From: Candidatus Kapaibacterium sp. | GTDB lineage: Bacteria > Bacteroidota > Ignavibacteria > Kapaibacteriales > WFXC01 | DNA length: 61,113 nt | Assembly (NCBI GenBank): GCA_026996895.1 | Contig: JALWJX010000037.1 | Location: 1-61,113 of the forward strand | Reading direction: 5' to 3' | Shown: in pieces, positions 1 to 9,837 of the stretch | How positions within the stretch are numbered: the first letter of the stretch is position 1 | How the letters are laid out: each line of letters opens with the position of its first letter | The notes under the pieces: generated by a model | The model's input: the letters and a program-made list of their open reading frames with translations, nothing else | What the model was told of the DNA's origin: nothing | Database searches by the model: none | Position numbers and translations under genes: made by a program

Positions 1-2350
1 GCACCGTGCTGCCCGGATTGCGGATTTCGATTGTCCACCGAAAGTTCTCTACATCTTCACTATTGCACCGGGTCAGTCCAACCGGCACCTGTCCGGCATC
101 CCAATCGCCTACCACGATATGCGGCAACACGCCCTGTCCCCGCAATTCTGCCAGCGGAAACTCCACGCACGGCGTCGTTGCAAACAACGAATCAATGTCC
201 CAATCCTCCGGATCGCTCCGCTCATCTTTTGGCGTATACCGCAACTCTACCCACATCGTATCGCCTGCTGCCAGGCTTGCCGGAATATCAGGTGTGACTG
301 ATATAATCTCAAACTCATCACCTACCTGCAACCGCAATTCCTCCACTACCAGCATTGAATCACTTTCGTTAACCGCCGCCAGCAGCAGCGTCCGGCTCTT
401 GCCGACCCGCACGGTATCGAAAAACACTAGGGTATCTGACGGCACCAACTTCGGCGCTTCGTAAAACACGCTGTCATATGCAACATTGCCCGCCCGATCC
501 ACAACGATGAAATACGCCTGCGCATCCTGAGATTTGTCGATCACTTCCAGGCGGAACTTGGCAGGGGAAATCTTCTCACCGGTGTTTTCCAGCCTTGGCG
601 GATCAACCAGGACCAGCCGATAATTGAAACTTTTTTCCGGAATCAGCTCGATCTTGCTGACTCCCTGGTCAATCTGGCGGGGGTTATCGTTGGGTTTACC
701 GTTGCGTTCCTCCCAGGCGGTAAAGTCATAATCGCCGCAGTCTTCCACGAATTCCAGCACTGGCTCTAAGGTATCCAGCTCATCAATTTTGTTAACGGCA
801 GTCGCAGCGGGCCACCCATAGGATTCTACCACCGTAAAGCCGTAAATATATCCGCCGAAAGGAGCATCGCCTTCAATATAATGCGGACCCGGTGTGACCT
901 GAAGTACGGAGTAATACACATCTGTTCCCGGTATCTGGCGCACCAGGAATCCGGGATCCTGCTGCCATACTGGCTTGCCATCAATTTTGATGGACTTCAA
1001 TCCCTGCTTACTTTCGTCATCTGGGTTACCGATAGCTAACAGGTTGAAATAATTTTTTGAATATCGCACCCGTGCCGGTGTTTCAAATACCGTTCCTTTG
1101 GTGTATTGTTCAACAGGAACAACCCAGAAGTAAAAGGGATCGTATTCATTGGCACCATCCCACGAAGCAGAATAGGAGTACTGAAGCACCATCACCGGTT
1201 TATCAGCTTTCCAGACAGAAAACCCCCGGATGGACTCAATGTTTGGTGGATTCCAGTCATTGAGATAATCATAGAATTCCCCCGCTTTCCGCAGCAGCCC
1301 GGACAACTGTCCTAAGAGCTCTCCTGTTTGCTTGTCATACCATTTGACTTCCCACTGGGTGTTATCCTCTGCCGCAATAATGCGGAAATAATCCCCTCGA
1401 TTTTCCCGCAACAATTCCCCGGTGATATACTGTCTTCCCCACGCGTGGACAGGTGGCAACATTGTGGAAAGGTGATCCCGCGGCGCCCACGGTGCTGCCA
1501 GCGGCATCTGGGTCCGTACGTGAAATGACAGAACCCCTATTGGTTTGTTCGCAATGATCTCTGTCCCGCTGATATCAAACAGCGCGTGTTGAAAATCACC
1601 GCGGGTTTGAATCACATACGCATCTCCTTCGTTCAATGTAATAGTGTAAGTCTTGCCCCAATCTCGGGGAAAACGGATCAGTTCACCATCTCCCGGCGCT
1701 GGACTGCGAGGACTATAGAGCCGTCCCTCTCCTGTCCCTTTCAGCCGAATCTGGACAACGGTTCCATCAAATTTTGAAAGTACGATAAATCCCGATCCGC
1801 GTTTCCATGTAACATTGCTCCCTGGAGTGCAACCATCACAGAAGTCATAATACCCAACGTGAATGTACTTCTTCCCCCACACTTCCGTGGGCAGCGCCAT
1901 ATACCCTTCAGCAGTTGTTGCAATGGCTGACATAACATACACTGCGATTGGCTGATCAGCCGTGATATGAATGGCTTTGCCAGATCGATTTCCCCCTTCA
2001 TCCCGCATCTCTAACTCAAATGGCAAAGGAGGGAAGTGCTGACTGCCTCTGGTGGTCAAAATAGCAACTTCCATCGGCTTGATATGGGCTGTATAAGGTC
2101 CAAAATCTGCATTCGGTGCGTGAACTGTGACATCAGTTTCATAAGCCGAGGCAATGTAAATTTCAACAATGTTCCGTGAGCTGGCAAAACGAACATACTC
2201 ATTCTGCGGTATTGCTATCCAGAATTCCCGTCCGTTCGTTCCATTGCTTAACAATTCGGCGGCACTGGGAACCCTGTACGGTGACACCTGTGCGTTTAAC
2301 AACGAGACCACGAAAGACAACACTGAAAAAATCCACATTGTTTTTTTCAT
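1..2350 (-). CDS. Large secreted protein, 3' end cut by the window edge. It has an IgGFc-binding-N-terminal-like domain followed by Ig/HYDIN-like beta-sandwich modules.
   Basis: Absent from the ORF track because no stop lies in the window. Hand translation of the minus strand from ATG 2350-2348 gives MKKTMWIFSVLSFVVSLLNAQ (signal peptide), then GREFWIAIPQNEY...VEIYIASAYETDVTVHAP. The frame stays open for 783 codons down to position 2 (...FRWTIEIRNPGSTV). The domain assignment is from memory. Confidence 0.8.
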   Translation of the reverse strand, partial: MKKTMWIFSVLSFVVSLLNAQVSPYRVPSAAELLSNGTNGREFWIAIPQNEYVRFASSRNIVEIYIASAYETDVTVHAPNADFGPYTAHIKPMEVAILTTRGSQHFPPLPFELEMRDEGGNRSGKAIHITADQPIAVYVMSAIATTAEGYMALPTEVWGKKYIHVGYYDFCDGCTPGSNVTWKRGSGFIVLSKFDGTVVQIRLKGTGEGRLYSPRSPAPGDGELIRFPRDWGKTYTITLNEGDAYVIQTRGDFQHALFDISGTEIIANKPIGVLSFHVRTQMPLAAPWAPRDHLSTMLPPVHAWGRQYITGELLRENRGDYFRIIAAEDNTQWEVKWYDKQTGELLGQLSGLLRKAGEFYDYLNDWNPPNIESIRGFSVWKADKPVMVLQYSYSASWDGANEYDPFYFWVVPVEQYTKGTVFETPARVRYSKNYFNLLAIGNPDDESKQGLKSIKIDGKPVWQQDPGFLVRQIPGTDVYYSVLQVTPGPHYIEGDAPFGGYIYGFTVVESYGWPAATAVNKIDELDTLEPVLEFVEDCGDYDFTAWEERNGKPNDNPRQIDQGVSKIELIPEKSFNYRLVLVDPPRLENTGEKISPAKFRLEVIDKSQDAQAYFIVVDRAGNVAYDSVFYEAPKLVPSDTLVFFDTVRVGKSRTLLLAAVNESDSMLVVEELRLQVGDEFEIISVTPDIPASLAAGDTMWVELRYTPKDERSDPEDWDIDSLFATTPCVEFPLAELRGQGVLPHIVVGDWDAGQVPVGLTRCNSEDVENFRWTIEIRNPGSTV

Positions 2351-2397
2351 TGCTCCACCCTTCGTTTTTATGTTACACACTGCTGCGTTCCCATTTT

Positions 2398-5052
2398 CTA
2401 TGGCTGCTGTTGTTGCGCTTTTTGAATATCTTCTAACGGCGTTTGGATGATGATCTGGACGGTTCGGTTATAAAATCGACCTTCTGGCAACAAATTGGTA
2501 TAGAGTGGATCGTCTTCCCCCACTCCTCGCACTTTCAATTCCTTGTATTTCCCCTTTGCAAACCGTCGAATAGCTTTCGCTACTGCCTTTGCCCGATTCT
2601 CCGAAAGACGCTTATTGTGATCATACAAGCCAACAATATCGGTATGCCCAACAATCTCAATTTCCGAGGAGGGGAAGATCCGAGGATAAATGTATTCCTT
2701 CAAAATGCGTTCATTTAACGGTCCGGGATCATAGCGATCAAACGGAAAGAGAATAAGGTTATACTTTTCCAAGGTCTTGGTGGCAACTTTCTGTGCCAAC
2801 ATTTCTTCCGTCGTTACTTGCTTGACCTTGATATAAATAGGCAACGATTCACAAGTGCGATTGTTTTTGCTAATAACCACCAATTTCGCTTTAAACGGTA
2901 CTTCGTCTTCCGGATACGTTCCTTCCCGGCTTTGCCAGTTCCACACATATGATTTCTCAGTTGTACCAATATCTGTCAACTCATTCCAGGATTTATCACC
3001 TCGAGTAATGACAATCTTGCGAGCTGCTACCAGCGCATCTTCAATGCCATTGTCCATAAAGAAGGTCATTTCCTCCGGTGACGGGAAGCGCGTTTTGTCT
3101 ACATCCAGGATCGGTTTGAGAATTTCCCAGTCATTCGACAGAATTTCGACTCGCCGGTTTTCCTTGATTCCAGCAGTATCACGCAGATTTGAGTACACCT
3201 TGGGAAGATTGCGTACTTTAATCTTCATTCGGTCAGGACTAATGCCCCAAATGTTTTTCAGATAGTTGAACACCGCTTCCGCTCGCGCGCGGGACAACTT
3301 TTTCCCGCCCTTTTTCTCTTCTGGAGTCGTGTTGTCATTACAGCCGACGATTTCGATTTTCGCTTTCGGATGTTTCTTCAACCGATACCCGATGATATTG
3401 AGGATGTGGTAATACTTTTCCAGCGTCCCACCAGGGATCGTTTCGTCAGTGAAATCCTGCGTCTCTTCTGGCGATTTGAACAAAATGTACCGATCAGGAA
3501 TTTTTGCAGAGCCCAGATCAAAAAAGACATAATTTAGCAGCGGATGGAGCGATCGCACAACAACCTCCTCCATCACCAGCCCCTTAAAGGTTCCGCCCGT
3601 CCGCTTAATGTAATCAGCAAAATCCATTTCCGCTTCCAGCCTGGGTCGTTGTCCAAGATACAGAACAGCGGGCGGCAAATCAATCGCCTGCTTTGCTTTC
3701 TCCTCATCCTGCACTGCCTTGGGGCGATCGACATAGACGGTATCAACTGTTTTGCCATACCGCGGATTAAAAGCTGTAATCACCAGCCCAATCCGCTGGA
3801 TAGAATCCTCTCGAGGACCAAAATCCTGATCCCGGATCACCAGTTCTACTTGCTTTCGCCGCTCTCCATCGACGCTATCCTCAACGGTCCGGTTCGTTAC
3901 CGGATTAAAAATGGATACCTTTGCCGGAATATCTGCGCCTGTACATTCATCTTTGACCTGTACACCTAAATTGACCGTGCGGAAGTACGTCGGAACAAAT
4001 GCCATAAAGATGTCAAAATCTCCCTGGAACCCCGGCAAATCTTCTCGTTTTGAGGCAAAGTAGATAATATCGCCCGATCCTGGCAAAGAAATAAACGCCT
4101 CATCTTCCTCCGTGTTGATCGGTGGTCCCAGATTGATCGGTTTTGACCAATTCCCTTGATCATCCAGGCGGGAATAATAGAAGTCTAGCCCCCCCAGGTT
4201 CGGTTCGTGCCCATTTGAAGAGAAAAATAACGTCCGATCATCAGCGGCGATGAAAGGAGACCAATCCATCCCTGGCGTGTTAATTACCGGTCCCAGATTT
4301 TTCGCCGGCTTCCATTCATCGAACTCAAAATCGTAATCCGAGTACCAGATATCAATGCCACCCTGTCCCCCAGGACGATTGGATGCAAAATACAGGCGGC
4401 TTTTATCGCTGGTGATTGTTGGTTGCGATTCCCAGTGTTCTGTATTCACATTAGGTCCTAAATTCTTCGGCTTCCCCCATTTATCCCCCTGAATTTCCGC
4501 AACGTAAATGTCACAGGATCCCAAACCATCAGGGCGATCGCAGGCGGTAAAAAAGATCATCTGCTGATCTGCTGTAATCGCCATTACCCCCTCATTGCGC
4601 CACGTGTTCAAGCCAAACTCTCCGTAGGGTGAGTTTGGATCAATGTTAAAAGGTTTATGGAAAACCGTATCGTATCGATTTTCTTTGGTCGCCGCCCAGA
4701 AATCGTGTGACGGTTCTCCATCCGGATTTGGAATGCTGCCGGGACGATTGGAAACAAAATACAACGTCTTACCATCCACACTGATAGCAGGGGCGTACTC
4801 CAGATATGGTGAATTCACAATCGGTCCCAGATTGATAATGCGAATCTTCTTGCTGATCGGCTGCTGATCTTCATCTTCCTCCTGCTCAGGAGGAGTCACA
4901 ATTTCCGCAGCATACAAGTAAAAAGTGGGCACCTGCTTATCCTGTGACACGGACTCAGGCTGCCGCTTTTTTGCTTCTACAACGGTATTACCTACTACCA
5001 GAAGAACACCCAAGATTAGCGTCCCGAAGAAAAAGATTCGCATTTGCTGCAT
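2398..5052 (-). CDS. OmpA-family protein with TolB/PD40-like beta-propeller repeats and two OmpA-like C-terminal modules
   Basis: Track ORF 2398..5142. Start moved to ATG 5052 (MQQMRIFFFGTLILGVLLVVG), with AGGAGA 8 nt upstream. PD40-type repeats include YAPAISVDGKTLYFVSNRPG, SQPTITSDKSRLYFASNRPGG and WSPFIAADDRTLFFSS. OmpA-like motifs include IEIVGCNDNT...LSRARAEAV and IEIVGHTDIVG...LSENRAKAV. Confidence 0.85.
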   Translation of the reverse strand: MQQMRIFFFGTLILGVLLVVGNTVVEAKKRQPESVSQDKQVPTFYLYAAEIVTPPEQEEDEDQQPISKKIRIINLGPIVNSPYLEYAPAISVDGKTLYFVSNRPGSIPNPDGEPSHDFWAATKENRYDTVFHKPFNIDPNSPYGEFGLNTWRNEGVMAITADQQMIFFTACDRPDGLGSCDIYVAEIQGDKWGKPKNLGPNVNTEHWESQPTITSDKSRLYFASNRPGGQGGIDIWYSDYDFEFDEWKPAKNLGPVINTPGMDWSPFIAADDRTLFFSSNGHEPNLGGLDFYYSRLDDQGNWSKPINLGPPINTEEDEAFISLPGSGDIIYFASKREDLPGFQGDFDIFMAFVPTYFRTVNLGVQVKDECTGADIPAKVSIFNPVTNRTVEDSVDGERRKQVELVIRDQDFGPREDSIQRIGLVITAFNPRYGKTVDTVYVDRPKAVQDEEKAKQAIDLPPAVLYLGQRPRLEAEMDFADYIKRTGGTFKGLVMEEVVVRSLHPLLNYVFFDLGSAKIPDRYILFKSPEETQDFTDETIPGGTLEKYYHILNIIGYRLKKHPKAKIEIVGCNDNTTPEEKKGGKKLSRARAEAVFNYLKNIWGISPDRMKIKVRNLPKVYSNLRDTAGIKENRRVEILSNDWEILKPILDVDKTRFPSPEEMTFFMDNGIEDALVAARKIVITRGDKSWNELTDIGTTEKSYVWNWQSREGTYPEDEVPFKAKLVVISKNNRTCESLPIYIKVKQVTTEEMLAQKVATKTLEKYNLILFPFDRYDPGPLNERILKEYIYPRIFPSSEIEIVGHTDIVGLYDHNKRLSENRAKAVAKAIRRFAKGKYKELKVRGVGEDDPLYTNLLPEGRFYNRTVQIIIQTPLEDIQKAQQQQP

Positions 5053-5094
5053 CGCTTCACTCTCCTGTCTTGTTTGTTTATCCCTCTCATTTTG

Positions 5095-5102
5095 TATTTT
5101 TG
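5095..5102 (+). promoter_or_regulatory. FCB-type -7 promoter box TAnnTTTG (TATTTTTG), with TTTG at 5073-5076 as a possible -33 element
   Basis: TTTG-N18-TATTTTTG lies in the 68-bp divergent spacer, 19 nt upstream of ATG 5121. Confidence 0.45.
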
Positions 5103-5120
5103 TACTTGATTGAACAAATA

Positions 5121-5267
5121 ATGGAGAAAAACACAATGACAACCGGCGGTTTATTACTCTGGCTCATAAGCTGGACAACAGTTACTGCACTTGCCATTTT
5201 TACTCTCTCTCGCGTTCTGAAAGCAGAAAAGCACAAGCGCTCATCCGAACATCCAACTACTTCCTAA
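5121..5267 (+). CDS. Small single-pass membrane protein (48 aa, or 43 aa from ATG 5136)
   Basis: Lies inside track ORF 4944..5267. Sequence is MEKNTMTTGGLLLWLISWTTVTALAIFTLSRVLKAEKHKRSSEHPTTS, one hydrophobic helix plus a basic tail. It has its own promoter-like box upstream. Confidence 0.45.
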   Translation: MEKNTMTTGGLLLWLISWTTVTALAIFTLSRVLKAEKHKRSSEHPTTS

Positions 5268-6046
5268 AACAGGTATTGCCCACCGATCATTCCCAGCACC
5301 GACACCAGGCGTAATTGTTGTGCATCCAATGCTGTAAGCGCATAACCAGCCACAATCGTCGCTCGCAAATACCATTGCCGCGTTACCGGCATTTCTATAC
5401 CCAGTGCCGCCGTTAGCCCTAAGGTCACCGGTAGTACCGATTCAAATTGTCCATCTTCCACGATCTGCGCTTTTGTTCCATTCTCCCAGGTCACCCATAC
5501 TTCCTGTCCAGCAGCCGTTTGCGCAAGCGTTGTTTCCAGGGTCTGTTGGTGTCGCCGGTTTGTTCGCAGCCACCATTGCAACTGTGGTCCAATCTGGAAG
5601 AAGACCGGCTTGAAGGGATAGATCACGCCCCGCACAGAGAGCAGCATTCCCTGCAAACTCGCCCAGGCATCATTTCGAACCAGTACGTTCACAACTTCTG
5701 ATTGCTGCGTTGCAGGATTTCGAAAGGGAATATACTCGTATTCCCGGTACGCTGCATGCCAGCGCCACAAGGTCATCCCGGCTGTAACGGAAGCTCCCCA
5801 CCAACGACCATACCGAACAGCATATCCTATCTGAACTTCGTATTGCTTCCCAACACCGTTATCAAACTGGCAATGGCACGCTGTCTGAAACACTCCCACC
5901 TGTCGAATCCCTCCGACTCCTATTTCGCCGAATATAGAATGAGCAACATCAGAGCCTGGCACCAGCGGCGTTGCCTGCCGAAACTGCCCATAGCAGGCCA
6001 CTATTGCCCCAACACTGATTCCTATCACAATCGCGACGATCCGCAT
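5264..6046 (-). CDS. Outer-membrane beta-barrel protein (hypothetical)
   Basis: Signal peptide MRIVAIVIGISVGAIVACYGQ. Aromatic-rich alternating strands. The C-terminus ...GMIGGQYLF ends in Phe, as in many OM barrels. Confidence 0.6.
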   Translation of the reverse strand: MRIVAIVIGISVGAIVACYGQFRQATPLVPGSDVAHSIFGEIGVGGIRQVGVFQTACHCQFDNGVGKQYEVQIGYAVRYGRWWGASVTAGMTLWRWHAAYREYEYIPFRNPATQQSEVVNVLVRNDAWASLQGMLLSVRGVIYPFKPVFFQIGPQLQWWLRTNRRHQQTLETTLAQTAAGQEVWVTWENGTKAQIVEDGQFESVLPVTLGLTAALGIEMPVTRQWYLRATIVAGYALTALDAQQLRLVSVLGMIGGQYLF

Positions 6047-6325
6047 TCCGCTTCTGTCTGCACTTCACCTTTTAAGAATTCCGAAATTTAACAAACAATT
6101 TGCGAACAGCGAAAGAACACACTTCGTCCTCCCATAAAGTTACTGTTTCCATCTCTCTTCTACGCAGATGCAGCCAGCATCTACTCGGCAACTCTTTTGC
6201 GTACAAGGCTCCGAAATCCTACTGCTCCATCCCTGCACTGCACACCTTGTTCAATTCTTTTGCTCGTTTGTTACAGACTTCTCCAACTTTCGCTATGGCA
6301 GGATTCTTTGCTGTGAAATTTTTCA

Positions 6326-6333
6326 TAATTTTG
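6326..6333 (+). promoter_or_regulatory. FCB-type -7 box (TAATTTTG) upstream of dnaE
   Basis: Matches TAnnTTTG, 44 nt upstream of ATG 6377. Confidence 0.35.
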
Positions 6334-6376
6334 AAGTTTCGGAAAACGGAGTCGGACAATCGATATCTAACAACTT

Positions 6377-9300
6377 ATGCCGCAGTTTGTACACCTGCAC
6401 AACCATTCGCACTATTCTATTTTAGACGCTGCCTGCACTCCAGCCGATCTGGTCGCTGCGGCTGGAGAACACAACCAACCAGCGATCGCTTTGACTGACC
6501 ACGGCGTAATGTTCGGCATCGTTGAATTCTATCGCAAAGCACACGCTGCGGGAATCAAACCGATCTTAGGATGTGAAGTTTACCTGGCAACTGGCAGCCG
6601 ATTTGAGAAGATTGCAACAAACCGCCAGAAAAATCAGCGTAACTATTATCATCTGCTCCTGCTGGCAAAAAATGAAACTGGATACCACAACCTTGTGAAA
6701 CTCACTTCTTACGCTCACCTGGAAGGGTTCTACTACAAACCCCGCATCGATAAAGAACTGCTGGAGAAATATCACGAAGGGTTGATTGCAACCTCCGGCT
6801 GTTTAGCCAGCGAGATTAACTCCTATTTGCTCAAAGGCGATTTTGAGGGTGCTTACCGGGCTGCTGTTTTCTACAAAGACCTGTTCGGCGATGATTTCTA
6901 TATCGAAATCCAGAACCACGGACTCCCGGAAGACGAAATCATCCTGGAATATGCGCCCAAATTAGCCAGAAAATTAGGTGCAAAACTGGTAGCAACAAAT
7001 GATTGCCACTATATCCGAAAAGAACACGCCCAGGCTCACAACGTGTTTCTCCACATTCGGGACGCCAGCTCCAGCCACAAAGTTGATCTGAAGAAACTGC
7101 GCTATCGCGTGCCCGAAATGTATGTGAAATCGACCGAGGAAATGGTCGAACTCTTCCGGGACTATCCAGAAGCAATTGAAACCACATTAGAAATTGCTGA
7201 GAAATGCAACGTCACGCTGAACAAAGAACCATTACTCCCCAAATTTGAGCTTCCACCGGAGCATGCAGATAAATCGCTGGATGAGTATCTACAATTCCTT
7301 ACGTACGAAGGACTTCGCCGCCGCTATGGGGAAATCACGCCCGAAGTTCAAGAGCGTGCAGATTTTGAATTGCGTATTATCCAGCAGATGGGATACGCCG
7401 GCTACTTCCTCATTGTTCAGGACTTTATCAACGCAGCTCGCCAGATGGGCATCCGCGTGGGACCGGGACGCGGATCTGCTGCTGGCAGCCTGGTTTCTTA
7501 CGCAATCGGTATCACCGATATTGATCCGCTCAAATACAACCTGCTTTTCGAACGCTTTCTGAATCCGGAACGGGTCACAATGCCTGATATCGACGTCGAT
7601 TTCAGTGACGACAAGCGGGATCAGGTGATCGAATACGTGCGACAGCGATATGGAAGCGACGCCGTAGCGCAGATTATTACCTTTGGCACACTCTCCGCTC
7701 GCGCTGTGCTCAAAGATGTCGGTCGAGTCCTGGGCATTCCGCACACAACAATCAATAACATTACCAAACACATTCCAGTTGTGTTTGGCAAAGTAACGCC
7801 CTTAAAGGAAGCGCTGGAGCTTCCAGAACTCCGGTGGCTCAAAGACACCGATGATCCGAAAATGCAGCAGTTAGTGGAGTATTCACTCATTCTGGAAGGT
7901 CTGTGCCGCAATGTCTCGCTCCACGCTGCTGGCGTTGTGATCGCGCCGGGGAAGTTGATTGATTACGTTCCCCTCTACAAATCCCCGCAAACGGAAGTGG
8001 CAACGCAGTACAACATGAAAGATCTGGAGGCAGTTGGTCTTCTGAAAATGGACTTTCTGGGACTCCGCACCCTGTCCATTATCGACCGCACTTTAGACCT
8101 TATCCAGCAGAACTACGATGTTCAGATCGACATTGACCACGTAGACTTAGAAGATGCAAAAACGTACCAGCTCTTAGGCGAAGGGAAAACCACAGCGATT
8201 TTCCAATTTGAAGCCCCTGCTATGCAGAAAGCGCTTCGCGAGCTCAAGCCAACTTCGATTTACGATCTCATAGCAATGAACGCTTTGAATCGGCCGGGCC
8301 CAATGGCAAATATTCCCGAATACATTGCGCGCAAACACGGCAAAAGCCCGGTCACTTATCTCCACCCGGTGATGGAAAAAACACTCAAGGAAACATACGG
8401 CATCATCATCTACCAGGAACAGGTGATGCAATTAGCGCGCGACATCGCCGGCTTTTCCTTAGCCCAGGCGGATTTGATGCGGCGCGCAATGGGGAAAAAA
8501 GATGCTGCACTGATGGAAAAGCAGCGCTCTGCGTTCATCGAAGGGGCAGTCAAAAATGGCTTTGATCGGAAGCTGGCAGAAGAAATTTTTGAATTGATTG
8601 AGCGCTTCGCCCAGTATGGTTTCAATAAATCTCACTCTGCCGCCTACGCGTATCTGGCTTACCAGACCGCCTGGCTGAAAGCTCACTATCCCGCAGAATT
8701 CTTAGCCGCGAATATGTCGGCGGAATTCAACAATCTGGACACGGTGGGAATGCTGATTGAAGATGCTCGTTCCTTCGGCATCGAAATTCTTCCGCCCGAT
8801 GTCAATGCCTCTGATGTGTTTTTCACTGCCCAGGACAATACGATTCGATTTGGGTTGGCAGGGATCAAAAACACTGGCGTTGCGGCTGCGCAACTGATCG
8901 TTCAGGAACGCCAGGACAATGGTCCTTATCAATCCTTCTTTGATTTTGTCCGCCGTCTGGATACCCGATTGATCAACAAACGGGTATTGGAAGCACTGGT
9001 GTGTGCTGGCGCTTTTGATAGCATTCATCCCGGAAAGCGGGCGCAATTATTCGCCGCTATCGACAGCGCTCTGGAATATGCCCACGCTTACCAACAGGCA
9101 CAAGCGAACCAGACCAATACGCTCTTTGGCAATCAAGATCTGAGTGCGATGATCAAAGAACCGTCATTACCCTCCGTAGAGCCGTGGTCACTGCTGGAAC
9201 AAATGCAGCGGGAAAAAGAGTATCTGAAGATTTTTCTTTCCGCTCACCAACTCCAGCGCTTTTATCCCTTCATTCAATCTTTCCGCACCTTTTCACCCAA

Positions 9301-9826
9301 ACCAGAAGCGATGCAGCGGCTCAAAGGACAAACCATCAAAGTGTGCGGGGTCATTTCCAACATTCAGGAAAAACGGGATCGCAGAGAAAAGAAAATCGCT
9401 TTTTGCACCCTGGACGATTTCCACCACAAATATGAATGCGCTTTCTGGAGCGATGCCTACGAACGCGCAGCGTTTCTACTGCAGGAAAACAACTTTGTCG
9501 TGATTCAGGGAACCTTAGAGCTGAACAATGGCACCCCTCGAATCCGGGTAGATCAGATATGGGAATTACAGGACGCTATCCGGCGTTTCATTAAGGGAAT
9601 TCACGTTCGCATCTCTGCTGATCAACTCACCGATCTGATGGTGGAACAACTTCAAGCCTTAGCCCAGCAGGCGACAGGCAACTGCAAGCTTTACTTCAGC
9701 ATCCACAAAAATGGAACGGTGGAGCGATACGAAGCGCAGCGGCACTTGCTTTCAGCGGACCTTCAAACAATCGACAAACTTGTTCGACTATTCGGACCGA
9801 AAAACATCCGATTGTTAACCCAATAG
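6377..9826 (+). CDS. dnaE: DNA polymerase III alpha subunit
   Basis: 1149 aa. PHP-domain N-terminus MPQFVHLHNHSHYSILDA. Pol III alpha core motifs GLLKMDFLGLRTLS and FNKSHSAAYAYLAYQTAWLKAHYPAEF. Normal length, so no intein. Confidence 0.97.
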   Translation: MPQFVHLHNHSHYSILDAACTPADLVAAAGEHNQPAIALTDHGVMFGIVEFYRKAHAAGIKPILGCEVYLATGSRFEKIATNRQKNQRNYYHLLLLAKNETGYHNLVKLTSYAHLEGFYYKPRIDKELLEKYHEGLIATSGCLASEINSYLLKGDFEGAYRAAVFYKDLFGDDFYIEIQNHGLPEDEIILEYAPKLARKLGAKLVATNDCHYIRKEHAQAHNVFLHIRDASSSHKVDLKKLRYRVPEMYVKSTEEMVELFRDYPEAIETTLEIAEKCNVTLNKEPLLPKFELPPEHADKSLDEYLQFLTYEGLRRRYGEITPEVQERADFELRIIQQMGYAGYFLIVQDFINAARQMGIRVGPGRGSAAGSLVSYAIGITDIDPLKYNLLFERFLNPERVTMPDIDVDFSDDKRDQVIEYVRQRYGSDAVAQIITFGTLSARAVLKDVGRVLGIPHTTINNITKHIPVVFGKVTPLKEALELPELRWLKDTDDPKMQQLVEYSLILEGLCRNVSLHAAGVVIAPGKLIDYVPLYKSPQTEVATQYNMKDLEAVGLLKMDFLGLRTLSIIDRTLDLIQQNYDVQIDIDHVDLEDAKTYQLLGEGKTTAIFQFEAPAMQKALRELKPTSIYDLIAMNALNRPGPMANIPEYIARKHGKSPVTYLHPVMEKTLKETYGIIIYQEQVMQLARDIAGFSLAQADLMRRAMGKKDAALMEKQRSAFIEGAVKNGFDRKLAEEIFELIERFAQYGFNKSHSAAYAYLAYQTAWLKAHYPAEFLAANMSAEFNNLDTVGMLIEDARSFGIEILPPDVNASDVFFTAQDNTIRFGLAGIKNTGVAAAQLIVQERQDNGPYQSFFDFVRRLDTRLINKRVLEALVCAGAFDSIHPGKRAQLFAAIDSALEYAHAYQQAQANQTNTLFGNQDLSAMIKEPSLPSVEPWSLLEQMQREKEYLKIFLSAHQLQRFYPFIQSFRTFSPKPEAMQRLKGQTIKVCGVISNIQEKRDRREKKIAFCTLDDFHHKYECAFWSDAYERAAFLLQENNFVVIQGTLELNNGTPRIRVDQIWELQDAIRRFIKGIHVRISADQLTDLMVEQLQALAQQATGNCKLYFSIHKNGTVERYEAQRHLLSADLQTIDKLVRLFGPKNIRLLTQ

Positions 9827-9837
9827 GACTGTGCGCA

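Noticed and set aside
6377-9826. Checked dnaE (and glmS, uvrA) for inteins or insertions
   Set aside because: Their lengths (1149, 611 and ~968 aa) are canonical, and no Cys/Ser...HN intein boundaries or extra blocks were seen.
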